Positions 52,355 to 64,000 of a stretch of 64,000 bases of DNA are shown here, in pieces. The first letter of the stretch is position 1. Each line of letters starts with the position of its first letter. The stretch comes from Paraphysomonas bandaiensis. Its lineage: Eukaryota > Protista > Chrysophyceae. The notes beneath the pieces were generated by a model, which worked only from the letters and a program-made list of their open reading frames with translations, did no database searches and had not been told where the DNA came from. The position numbers and the translations under genes are program-made. The stretch covers positions 62,001-126,000 of the forward strand of contig CBFFRP010000288.1 in NCBI GenBank assembly GCA_965644295.1, given 5' to 3'.

Positions 52355-53588
52355 TTACTCTGCATTTGATTGTATGAGCTCTTCAACCGCTCTTGAGTAC
52401 CATTTCGTTGTCATTTTGTAGTATCTTACACTTCCGGCGTACACGGAATACAAAAACAAGAACACGATAAACGATGAGTGCAGTGAGTAGTAGTGAAAAC
52501 AAAGGTATGAGAAAACAAACATTAAGTGAGAGAAAACGGCATGTGCAATCATGTACACGAGAGCAGGGACTGGATGGACTGTGTCAGTAGATGTTGCTGT
52601 ACCCAATAACAATTTACATACGGTTGTATTGTTGCGGAGAGTCTCGGACCATACGGTGCGTTGCCCAGTGGAAGTGGGACTATGCTTGATCCCCCATATT
52701 AGTAACCACAAGGTGTATGGTGTCCACCAGACCATGTACATCACAAACGGGGGAAGCATGAACTGACCCAACGCGTTCAAATCAAAATACCCTTATAATA
52801 GATCAATACGTCAACCCTTGTGGTAATAAAGTGTTACCTTCTTGCGTGCACACCCCGATATCTGTATCGTCGTGCCACACTGCCTCTTCCACAGCACTAG
52901 TAAATAGACCAGGGTAAGCTGAACTGACATCATTGTGATGCCATCTTAGTGACCACATGAGTATTGGTGGTATAATATGTATTATCAGACTCGCTGTCAT
53001 GGCAGGATCATGAAGCACTAGAGGATTACCGACCAGTATAACGCCCCACCCCAGTGGTCCGCAGGACATGGCAAAGAGAGCAGTGGTTACGTACGGATTC
53101 GCTGTTATAAACCTACATAAAAATATATCTTACAAAGTAAAAAAATAGCTGTCAATAATGTGTTTGTAATCACTCATAAGATTCAGTTTCGTCGATATTA
53201 ACAGTTATAAGTACCTAAAGTCAACAAGTTTCTTGACGTCCAAATAAAACAGTTGACATAAACATAAAATGCTGAATAAACACATAACTAAATGAACAAT
53301 CCAGCATAAATCAAGCATATATAATGCTTCACTCTTCTTTTTCTTATATCTCCATACCCATACAAATAATGGACTACATATGAATGATTGCCATAACCAA
53401 AAATGTTCTGGACATTTTCCCAAGATATAAGTTGATATAACAACATTTAAGAAGCCTAGAGTAAAAGACATTGGACTCATGCCTTGCTTCTCTATCTCAA
53501 TAGACTTGCGTTTAATAGTTTCAAGTGCTCTTTTAATACCATCTTTTTCTGCAATAGAAAATGATCGTATTAATTTAGGTTTACTCAT
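52355..53588 (-). CDS. GPC1: Glycerophosphocholine acyltransferase (Gpc1/DUF2838 family), multi-exon
   Basis: YMLDLCWIVH, GPLGWGVILVGNPLVLHD...SLIIHIIPP, YMIAHA, SVYAGSVRYY; multiple TM segments. Confidence 0.8.
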
Positions 53589-53730
53589 ATTTGTATTAGT
53601 AATGAATATGATGAGGAGGTATGGTGGAATTATGGAATGAGGACATGTGCTCTATGCGGTAGATGAGCTGGACCAAGAACTATATGAGAATCCTACAGAC
53701 AAGAAGAGACTTCGTAAGCAATCTTCTTTT

Positions 53731-54126
53731 TATGTATGAATGTATGTATGTATGTATGTATGTATGTATGTATGTATGTATGTATGTATGTATGTATGTA
53801 TGTATGTATGTATGTATGTATGTATGTATGTATGTATGTATGTATGTATGTATGTATGTATGTATGTATGTATGTATGTATGTATGTATGCATGCATGTA
53901 TGTATGTATGTATGTATGTATGTATGTATGTATGTATGTATGTATGTATGTATGTATGTATGTATGTATGTATGTATGTATGTATGTATGTATGTATGTA
54001 TGTATGTATGTATGTATGTATGCATGTATGTATGTATGTATGTATGTATGTATGTATGTATGTATGTATGTATGTATGTATGTATGTATGTATGTATGTA
54101 TGTATGTATGCATGTATGTATGTATG
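53731..54126. repeat. (TATG)n microsatellite, ~99 units with a few interruptions
   Basis: Direct inspection; lies between two divergent genes. Confidence 0.99.
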
Positions 54127-54149
54127 GATAACCAGGACTGTTGATTGCT

Positions 54150-54984
54150 ATGTCTGAGCAGTGTATTAGACGCCAAGTATCTCTATCTGTCATCATATTT
54201 TAACCCTGTGTCAGTTACAGTATGCTTGGTAATAAGAGTAAGTCTAAGTTCTACAGGACGGGAGGGACTCGTGGTGGTCAGGTATGCTGTATACTCATAT
54301 GCTCGTATACAATTACGTGTTTTTCTTATATATATATGTATGTATGCATTGGTCCGTATAATACTCATGTATATGTATTATCTATAGGATCAATTCAAGT
54401 GGGATGATGTGAAAACAGATAAATATCGTGAGAATTATCTGGGGCACAGTGCTATGGCACCAGTGGGACGGTGGCAGAAAGGAAGAGATATATTATGGTA
54501 TACGAAACAAGGCACCGAGCAAGAGAGGGCTATGAAAGATGAGATTGATGCTATGCGTCAAAATGATGAGGATCTTATCAACGAAACACTTGGACTGAAA
54601 CCGAAGAAAAGACGTTTTGTTGAAACAAAGTTGGAGAAAGATGAGTTAAAGCAGTTGTTTAGTCGAGGTGTAACTGAGCGGGCGGCAATAGATATAGAGC
54701 GAATTGAGGGCCTGGGTGCGGCACCATCTAAAACGCATGAGCATATTGCGAAGGGGTTAACCCATGTTGAAAAGGAAATTCTCCGTTTGAAGGAAGGTAA
54801 ATCTATCGATGAGTCGACAAATAGACAGGATAGGTTGGGGTATGATGCTGAAGAAAATAGCAGAAGACAATATGAAGATGACGAAGATAGAAGGTCGAGC
54901 AAGAAGCAGAAGAAGGAAAAGAAGGAGAAAAAAGAACACAAGAAAAAGGACAAAAAGAAGCATAAACATAAAAGCGATAGATAG
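54150..54984 (+). CDS. MMTAG2: Multiple myeloma tumor-associated protein 2 homolog (C1orf35), multi-exon, start uncertain
   Basis: GGTRGGQ/DQFKWDDVKTDKYRENYLGHSAMAPVGRWQKGRDILWY; Lys-rich tail. Confidence 0.9.
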
Positions 54985-55306
54985 TTGTTTAATATGATGT
55001 CGAATACAGCTTTTGCCAGTATTGAGTACAAACATCAGTATCTCTGACGTCTCTAATTAGTTTAATTCTTTGTTTTCAATCCAATTACTAAGTAGCATTA
55101 ATATATCTTGCTATGTAATCTACAAGAGACCGCATATAAATCATAGCATTATATACTAATTTCTATCCTTCGGGCGCTTAAACCTTCATTCATAACCCTA
55201 ACATACACAACATAACAGAATATCTCCTATCTACTTCAAATTACATAGCGTATAAGTGCATGCCTTCAAATATATATATACGACGCTACATTCCAGCTTT
55301 CATAAC

Positions 55307-58300
55307 TTACACACTTTCGCATTCCATCGTGTCCAAGCCATTTCCCCTACATATCCAGCAATATGCGTGAAGATTAATGTAAAGTCAAGTAGATATCAGT
55401 GTACTTACCAGTCATCGTGCCATTCAACTCCATTGATAGAATGAGGATGCACTGCAGGATCCCAACGGCAAAAGAATCTCTCCCACAACCGTATACACCG
55501 CTGACTGTACTTCGGCCACAACGGGTTGTTATAAGGGCGATAATTGGTATTGACAAAACGCTCTCTATTGTGTTCCACATAACTCCATATTGACTGTGTG
55601 GACTTCCGCACGTTCAGTTGTTCAACTCGCTGCCTTTCAGAATTTCCAAGGAAATTTCCAAACAATCCACTGTGCACATGATCGGCAACAAAAACTAACA
55701 AACTTTCATTATATTCAAAAGCTGAGCCAAACTGGACTAAAAGCTGGTACATAGCATCCAACCACTGGACGAAAACAGGGGACCGTTCATCAGGAAGATT
55801 AGTGTGAGGCTCAGCATGACCACATCTATCTTGAAACTTATAACCAAATGAGCACCACTCCTTTTCTACAAGAACACAGAAGCCAGTCAATGTCCGGTAA
55901 TATGGGTCTAACAAAGTCTCTGTCAGGGAACATATCTATATCAGTGTATGTGAGTATACATATGCATTGAATATCAACTTAAATAACCATACCTGAGCAG
56001 TTCGATCCCAACCATCAGAGCTGTCAAACGTTGGATATTAAAAACAACCAGTATATACATTTATACGCACGATCTCAGGTATCACCACAAATACGATAAT
56101 AGTGTAACGTACCAGTGAATCAAAACCGAAGAACCCTCGAGCCTAATGCGCTCTGCTGCCTTCACTGCTGCCGCTAGTAGAAGTTTGCAGTGTTTCGTCC
56201 ACCCACTTTCATCCAAGCGGACGTAGAAATTGCCATCGCTTTCCGGAGTACCGTGAAGGCCACATGCCGATGGTGTGAGTAATTCTCCTGGTTACCCTCT
56301 CAGTTAGAAAAATAAACAAAAGTGGCCACAACGCATTTCTCTACTGCACTATACTTGACATACCTACTGCTGCGTAGGAGGTTCTCATTACATGAATGTT
56401 TTCAATATTACAAAACTCTAATTCGGTCGAAACGTAACACGTTACATCTTCTGTTCCTTTACCAGCAGCCATATTGACTGTGGCAGCCATATGGCCTCGG
56501 GCATCCAGAATATGAAATGTTGGTTCAATTTCATGTGACCTGTGTTACGTTATTTTCACATTTGTCTGATATATATGCAGTGTGTACAATTATATAACAT
56601 GACATTTACCTGGACTTATTTAAGGACCCCGACAGTCGACAGTAATTCAACAGCAGCTGATCAGCGGCCGAAGTCTGAAGTGTAATACCTACTAACGGCT
56701 GAGCAGACCGAATTAGTACGCTTTGTGAGATTGGGTCAATGTATGTGACAGCAGGTAACCGATTACGACTGCGATAGGCCGAGGCAAGTGCAATATTCTT
56801 GTCAGACAGCGCTCGAGGGAGCACTATATACGGGGGGTAGGTATCCACAAGTTTCCAATCAGAATTATCGTACACCTGCACACAGAAATATACTCAAAAC
56901 AGCTTGTAGACATATACATATCTATTAAACAAGAAAGAAATGGATACATTAAGGTGAATACCTATCACTTATACATATGAAATGCAGCATTCTAGATACC
57001 TGCCAATCACTGTTAGCATGAAGTCCCATTCGCATGTAGTCGATGCGAACATCACTGAGGGCCCATCCATCACTATCGAATGACCCCAAGTATCTACACA
57101 TCATGTATTTGGTGATATTTCGCTTCGTGGAATATACGTTATAGCATATATACATATCACTACCACTACACACTACACGGTATGAAGTATATAAATGAAA
57201 CTCATGTATACAAAGGATCACCTATATGCAAAGAGATGCGCTCTAACTCCAGAAAAACACATCTGCTGAATAGTATGAAGCAACATTTCCACGTACTGCA
57301 ATCCGTGACCAGGCTTTAAAAAGTGTATACGCATTACTCGTAAATCCTTCGTATGGATTCGTATGCTACACTTTTGTGGAGATGTTGATGACGTGATTAA
57401 GGCCATTTTGTGAACAGTGTTGAGAGGAATGGTAATTAGATTGAAAAATGGCGGAAGATGATACTTGGAAGAATCATGTCGTCGTTGGGTACATATCAGG
57501 GCGATTCGGTAATTGGTTAATGTCATTGTACCTACACTAAACGGAAAGTGAGGTGGGACATCGGGGTTGTTTCGTATTCCACTGGATGCCATGGCCGACG
57601 CGCCTAGGTACCACTTAACTCTGGGGATAGTATTTGCGACACTCTCTCCAGGGAGTAAAGGGAGGTCGCCTTCAGAGACATCTCTCTCAGCTGGAGAACT
57701 CAAAGGCAAAATATTGGGCTGAACTGGAACTCCATCCGAATTATTTTCAGATTCTTTACAGTATTCAGATGGAGCTTCTGGCAATGTGACGTCACTGATA
57801 TCAGAAGGCATTCGCAAAGGACTTTCCAACTCCTGAGGCTCTGTTATCAACTGCTCGCTCTTATGCATCCAACTAACAAGGCAAGAATACAAGCTATATA
57901 CGTGAGTGCCAAGAAGAACATGAAAAAAATCTGAAAAGTCAAATCGCTTCTGAGCTGACATCGCTAACATGGTGTCAACGGTCTGAGCAGTGTAACTGAT
58001 GTCTTGTGAAGATAGAGCCTGGGACAGAGTAGTTGAGGTAATAACACCTGTATTCTTGCGATCGATGGCATCAAATGCAGCACGCACGACTGGTCCACAG
58101 TCCTGCATATACTCAACATATTGTTGAAACTGATACGCTAACTCTCGACCAGCAAACCTATAGGCCTTGACACCAAGACTAAGTGCCCGTCGACTCATCA
58201 TTTGAACAGTGCATTCAGAGCCTCGAATCAAATTAACCAGATCAGTACATTTCATTCTCTTCTTTTTCCGTCCCATATACATACGCACTACCCCAGTATA

Positions 58301-58652
58301 TAGCTCCAAGTGTATGACTATTTCTTCATTCATCGGTTGTTTTAACATCGTACAGTTAAAAACAATTATCCCGCGGGTACCATACGCAATAAATCCCTCA
58401 TCCTGTCACATCATATCACCACATACATTAATCTTATGCATATACCTCTAGACAACTCTCATCATCAGAAGAATCATCACCATTATTATTATCATATAGC
58501 CCAAATAGTGAATGAACTCCAGGTGATTTTAATAAATCAGAAGCAGCTTGTCCACCATTCTTAACAACACTAAATAGAAACTTAGAAACATTTGGTGTAA
58601 TATCAGAGAAGTTTCCTCTTTCTGGTTTTATATTTCCATCATTAGAATCCAT
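55307..58652 (-). CDS. Myotubularin-type phosphoinositide phosphatase with N-terminal EF-hands, multi-exon
   Basis: Catalytic VLIHC/SDGWDRTAQ, YRSRNRLP, RSAQPLVG, ILDAR, IENIHVMR, LDPYYRTLTGF, EKEWCSFGYKF; EF-hand AFDAIDRKNTGVI; GRAM-like GTMTLTNYRI. Confidence 0.93.
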
Positions 58653-59410
58653 GATCTTAATGAGATTAATAGAGTGAAGTTATATTAACAGGTAAGTGTA
58701 TGTATGTATGTATGTATGTATGTATGTATGTGTGTGTAGAGTGATATTAAGTATACAGTTGTAGTATGGTAATACTCCTATAGCCTTATAGCATATGCTG
58801 GTTAGCTTGTACCCCTGGTTATGGTACTTGTTGTCAATGAAGATGATTCAACTCAATATGAGTGTCCAGTTATCGTCTCTCTCTCTCTCTATGTGTGTGT
58901 ATATGTATATATGTATCATTATTTGGTGCATATATACAGAGGCAGTTGATGCTGTTGACTGCTGCTGCTGCACAGGTAGGCGTATCCTGTACTTATATTC
59001 GTACTTATATACCACTATATTAGTACATGTATGCTGGTATACAAGTACTTCAGATTGATATCTAAGATATGAAACTATAGATACATGCAGATATCCTGAC
59101 CCTGTATGAGGGTTTCTACATCTAATTCAGTTCTAAATCCCCTATTTTGAGACCCAAAACCATAAAATAAGGAATTTAGGAACACAGTCGATTAAATTTC
59201 GTAATTTTCTAACATTCCAAGAGGGGAATCTATCCACTCGTACACATACATACACGCATATCTAAACACACTCTCTCTTTCTATACATATAATGACAACT
59301 CTCCTTATAATATCATCTAATTGAGCCAATAAGATACCTCCCTTCTCCTCTCCATTAATAACCTGATTCAGTTAATCACGTATATAGCCACATACCCATA
59401 ATAGACACAA

Positions 59411-59480
59411 CAGCCAATCATATCCAATCAAATCCAATCACAGCCAATCACATCAAATCATATCAAATCTCAGCCAATCA
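59411..59480 (+). repeat. 7 x 10-bp CCAATCA-type tandem array
   Basis: CAGCCAATCA TATCCAATCA AATCCAATCA CAGCCAATCA CATCAAATCA TATCAAATCT CAGCCAATCA. Confidence 0.9.
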
Positions 59481-60759
59481 GAGGACAACAATAGTGTAGC
59501 ATATATGATACAAGGGTTCATATGTAACTTATCTCTCTGACAGTTTCATACAATGCACTCCTCTGTGTATAGATATAAGGAAACAATCCATCACTGCCTT
59601 CTGCTCTACTAAACATCACATGTATTCATGAATAGTGATAGTGTCGCATATGTATGTAGTAATCGTATTGTAGTCACTCATATGTGACAGCCTGTAAGTT
59701 GATTAGTAACATTGTACTGTAGCATGTTGACCGTATATTCATGATGCATCGTGTATTGCATATACAACCAATACGAGTATTACAATATATATAGTGATTG
59801 TATTACATGAAATACCGATCCAACCACCAATGACTTAAATGTTATCATTATTATTATTCATTGGTATTGTGCAGTATTAGTTGCTTGTGCTACACTTATT
59901 CCTTCTATTAGCAGAATATCTGAATACATTTTTGAGTATACATACTGTAATGTACGCCTACGTACGACACATACTTATATGCTGTCCTGAATGTAGATTA
60001 CTAAACGACTAGGGAATTATATTGAACTGTTCAACCAGTAAGTGAAAGTATAACAGTATAGGTGTTGGGTATCTTAATTGCAATAATTACAATGCATATG
60101 CTATAATGTACTACTAGTCGAACTAGTATCTATACAAACATAGATGAAATAGCTTCAGGTATAGTGAACGCATATTTGTCTCCTCATTATAACTAACGGA
60201 TAGACTATTTTTAAAGTTGTTTGGAACTTCAATCTGCCCTATTTCTCCGGTATAGGTGGAATATTAAGTTTGCAAATGACTTTTTTCATTACTCAGTACA
60301 AAATTATTGTCGTCTAGAATGCAATTTGTATTGTTCTGATGTATTCAATTCTTCACTAAACAACGTCTGCATATACTTAGCTATGATCAAAACAAGTATA
60401 GTAGAATGTAGAATAATGTTGTCGAGGTCAATAAATTATATGGCAACATGTTTTATTGAACTACAACCAACTCCTACGTGCGTACTTGAAGTTTGGTAAA
60501 GTCAATCGCTAGTAGTTATCCTGTATTCTATGTAGCAATGAAATACAGAATATACATGACTACAGTATAGGAGTAGCTATTACAAGTATACAAAGAAACT
60601 GAAAATATAGTAGCTGTTAAAGATATGATTTGTAGAACAGAATGTTGATGTTGGTGAATGACGTGGTTCCTAACTCACAGGGCTACAACATCATAAACTT
60701 ACTATATCTCCTATAATATCAATCAGTCAATATTGCACTAACTAAAAGCGTAAATTAAT

Positions 60760-63700
60760 ATGGCAGCGGATGGAAATTTCACGAATGTCGCCTCAGGCTC
60801 AAAGGTACCTCCCTTCGAGGAACTGAACTTCAAGAAATTCAAGAAGTTCTTCACCTCATTCCTCATGAGACACAATCGAGCTCATCTTGTCCTCTCAAAG
60901 GATAAACCAAGGCACATTCATGATCTAGACTCTACAGTCCCAGCGGGAGCTCATATGACTGATGCACAGAAGAAGCGACTACGCAAAGCGAAGAAACTCT
61001 GGAACACCCGGAACGAGACCGCGTACTCCTTCCTGATGGAAGTGTGCAATGCTCACCCAAAAGCAGGCACAACAGCGGCTCTCTACGAAGGAAGTACAGC
61101 AAAAGGGTTACTACAGGCACTGGAAGAGAGATTTCTCAATGTTGAAAAGAATACAGTACAGGCAGAGGTCACAAAGTTCAATTCAATGAAGATTACCTCA
61201 AGTCAGTCAGGAGCAGAGTTCGTCGACAGCGTTGAAGCCCAGGCCAAGATTCTCGAGAATCTAGGTCGTGAAGTCACGGAAGACGACAAGCTCACTCGAC
61301 TAAAGGAAGGTCTCACAGACAAGAGATATTCCCAACTAGCACACAGCCTGTATACAGCAAACGATGTGACATACGCAAGAGCAAGCAGCCTAATCAAAGG
61401 GTATGAAAACACATCATTCGGCAAGCATGCGTTGCAAAATTCAGGGGAAGACAGTGTCAATCAAGCAGTGGATGACAGTAAATGGAAAGAGCACAAGAGA
61501 AAGGGCAGATGCAATAAGTGCAAGAAACTTGGCCACTTTGCTAGGGAGTGCAAGACTCCAGAGCATGTCATAAAGAGGATGAAGGGGACAAGATCACAGA
61601 GAAAAGATAGAGATCACAGAAACAGGGGTGATAACAAAACAAAGCTACCTGTGTGTGAGATATGTGACATCCCAGGCCATCAGACTAAAGACTGCTTCCA
61701 CTTGAAGACTGCTAAAGCTGCAGTGGTCAGTTCTAAACGGGGGCGAGACTCTAGAAGGGAAACGGCACCCTACAAGAACAAGAAGAAACCGCGAGTGTCT
61801 GTACATGATTCAGAAGATGAAGCGGGATACGAATCGATGATATGTGTGGAAGAAGAGGTGAATCTAGCACAGAGCATGTCAGATGTTATTTATTTAGACA
61901 GCGGGTGCAACAAGATGATCCTTACCTCCAAAAACCACATGACCAACCTTCAGCGCGCTGATAGGCAGATGTCCACAGCGAACAAAGGTAAACTGTCAAT
62001 ACACAGTGTTGGCGATGTAGGAAGCTTTAAAAAGGTGTACTACGCACCTGAAGCAAGTAAGAACCTCGTAGATATGAAGAGCATCACAGATAGGGGTTGT
62101 GTTGTGACGTTCGATAATGATGAAGTCGTCATTCGAAATAAGACTACGAACAAGACACTCATTAGACAGAGAAGTGTTAATGGATTATATCCAGTTCGAC
62201 TCGAAGACTTACTTCAGCTTGGAGAAGAATCCTCAGCAGCACTTGAGGAGCAGGGGTTTGATGACCAGCGAATTCTATGGCACAAAAGACTTGGCCATGT
62301 CAACTATGATAAACTGACTGAGTCCGACCGCCGAGGCCTAGTTGATGGAATAAATCTGGACAAGAAATATTTCAGAAAAAAACACAAAAAAACGATATGC
62401 AAATGTAATACCTGCATGCGATCGAAACTCACGAGAAAGAACTTCAGGACTCCACGCCAGTTGATGAACTTAGACAACAACCCAAAGGAGAGAGGGGTGC
62501 TCAGTGCAGATACGATGGAAGTCCTAAACACGCCATCGATGGAAGGCTACAAACATGTGTTACTATTCAAGCACAGTGATGCAAAACATGTATGGGCTTA
62601 TGGGTTGAAAAACAAGACTGGGAGTGAAGTGTTAAAGTGTATGAAGGACATGGTAGAGACCCAACTTGTCAAAGAAGGATTGCAACTACGACGATATCAT
62701 GCAGATGGCGCAGGAGAACTAGTAGGGCAACATGTCAGGCAGTACTTACGTGAAACCACCAGCACAAGGACTGTACAGGTTACTTGGACTCCACGTGACA
62801 CACCCGAAATGAATTCGCTATCGGAACGCACTAATCGTACAGTGAAGGAGATGGCCCTTGCTATATTGCTCGATAGTGGCATGCCATCAGTATTTTGGTT
62901 CAAAGCAGTCTTGCATGCTGTATATCTGATCAACAGGTTACCTACGAAGACAACGAAAGGATACATCTCACCTTTTGAGTATATTACTGGAACCGCACCA
63001 GATGTGAGTGACTTGAAGATCTGGGGCTGCAAGGCATGGGCTATTGTGCCGAAGGAGCAGCGCCGCAAAGAGTGGAAAGAAAAGGGAAAACCTGGATACT
63101 ATATGGGACAATGTCAACAACCTGTTGGACACCAAATATATATTCCAGACCTGAATGCTATTATTGTTGCAGTCAATGCACAGTTTGATGAGTCAATTCC
63201 AGAGCGTTCACAGGAGTATTTCGACGAAATAGATAATCTACAAATCGACACCTCAGAAACAGCAGAGAGTGTAAATGACTATCAGTACCTGGTGGGCCTC
63301 AGACATCTTGATGGACACCTGTGTTATGTTACCACCAGAGTGATAGAGAGAAGAGGAGTCATTGTTGCATATAGGAGATTAGATATGAAAGGAAATACTA
63401 CCGAGGAGCAAACTCCAATTCATATCAAAGATGTAGTAAAGATGACTCACTCTACAAAGTGTCAGACCGACAAGTTTAATAGTTTGCGAAATGAGTTGGA
63501 TCAGACTTGTAATGACAGTGACAATGAACAGAGGACTCCTGACCGCTCAAATCGGGGCGCATCTTCAACAGGTGGGGCAGATCGAAATCCCAGAACTGAA
63601 AAACGACCTCGAAAAAAACGGCACATTGTTAACGTTGGTGTCCTCGGCGATGTCTCATTGTTTCTTGATTCCTCCAACAGCACAATTAAAGAGCCACAGA

Positions 63701-64000
63701 CGCTGGCAGAAGCAAAGAAGACTCCACAGAGAACATACTGGATTGAAGCTACCAGGAAGGAGGTGCACAAGCTTGAACGAAGGACATGCTGGAAGATTGT
63801 CCGAAGGCCGAAACACCGAAAAATCATAAAATCTAAATTGGTCTTTAAAGTAAAGCGCGACCATCTTGGAAAAATTAAGAAGTTCAAAGTTCGACTTGTG
63901 GCGAAAGGGTTTACTCAAGAACAAGGAGTCGACTATAATGAGACATTCTCCCCAGTAGCTAAAGGTGTATCATTTAGGCTAGCACTAGCACTGGCTCTGC
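60760..64000 (+). mobile_element. Ty1/Copia LTR retrotransposon gag-pol ORF, truncated by the window end
   Basis: One open frame from ATG 60760, missing from the ORF track because it has no stop in the window. Zn knuckles CNKCKKLGHFAREC and CEICDIPGHQTKDC, protease YLDSGC, WHKRLGH, integrase ADGAGE...PEMNSLSERTNRT, RT RLVAKGFTQEQGVDYNETFSPVA; PR-IN-RT order. Confidence 0.97.

Noticed and set aside
60616-60690. TGTTAAAG...ACAACA as the Copia 5' LTR and TGGTTCC as PBS
   Set aside because: Too short and in the wrong order relative to the putative PBS; the 3' LTR is outside the window, so boundaries cannot be verified.

Overview
Gene-dense, intron-rich eukaryotic DNA with short GT-AG introns and abundant (ATGT)n. 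Flagellar genes (ARL6, a dynein light chain) and a signal-peptide-bearing UROS suggest a flagellated stramenopile/ochrophyte-like protist; this is inference only. About 21 protein-coding genes are present, mostly as head-to-head pairs: SprT/GCNA-like, Sfi1-like, ABCB1-type transporter, TrmO, a large C2/DysF protein, two S10 serine carboxypeptidases, a small GTPase-SH2 fusion, TilS, an MFS transporter, dynein light chain, LTV1, UROS, CDV3-like, ATP23, ARL6, an ankyrin protein, GPC1, MMTAG2, an EF-hand myotubularin and two hypothetical proteins. A Ty1/Copia gag-pol ORF runs off the right edge. The main finding is a ~0.5 kb non-coding interspersed repeat in four copies (1508-2016, 11394-11862, 30986-31605, 34964-35452). 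Its first 88 nt fold as an HDV-like ribozyme with the layout of the trypanosomatid L1Tc/ingi/SIDER Pr77 signature, and one copy keeps the catalytic C. All copies lie just downstream of gene 3' ends. Also seen: hAT-type MITEs with 8-bp TSDs, a nested direct-repeat mini-element, apparent gene conversion between the two NBDs of the ABC transporter, and a helically phased CCAAT array. Multi-exon gene boundaries were read by eye and are approximate.
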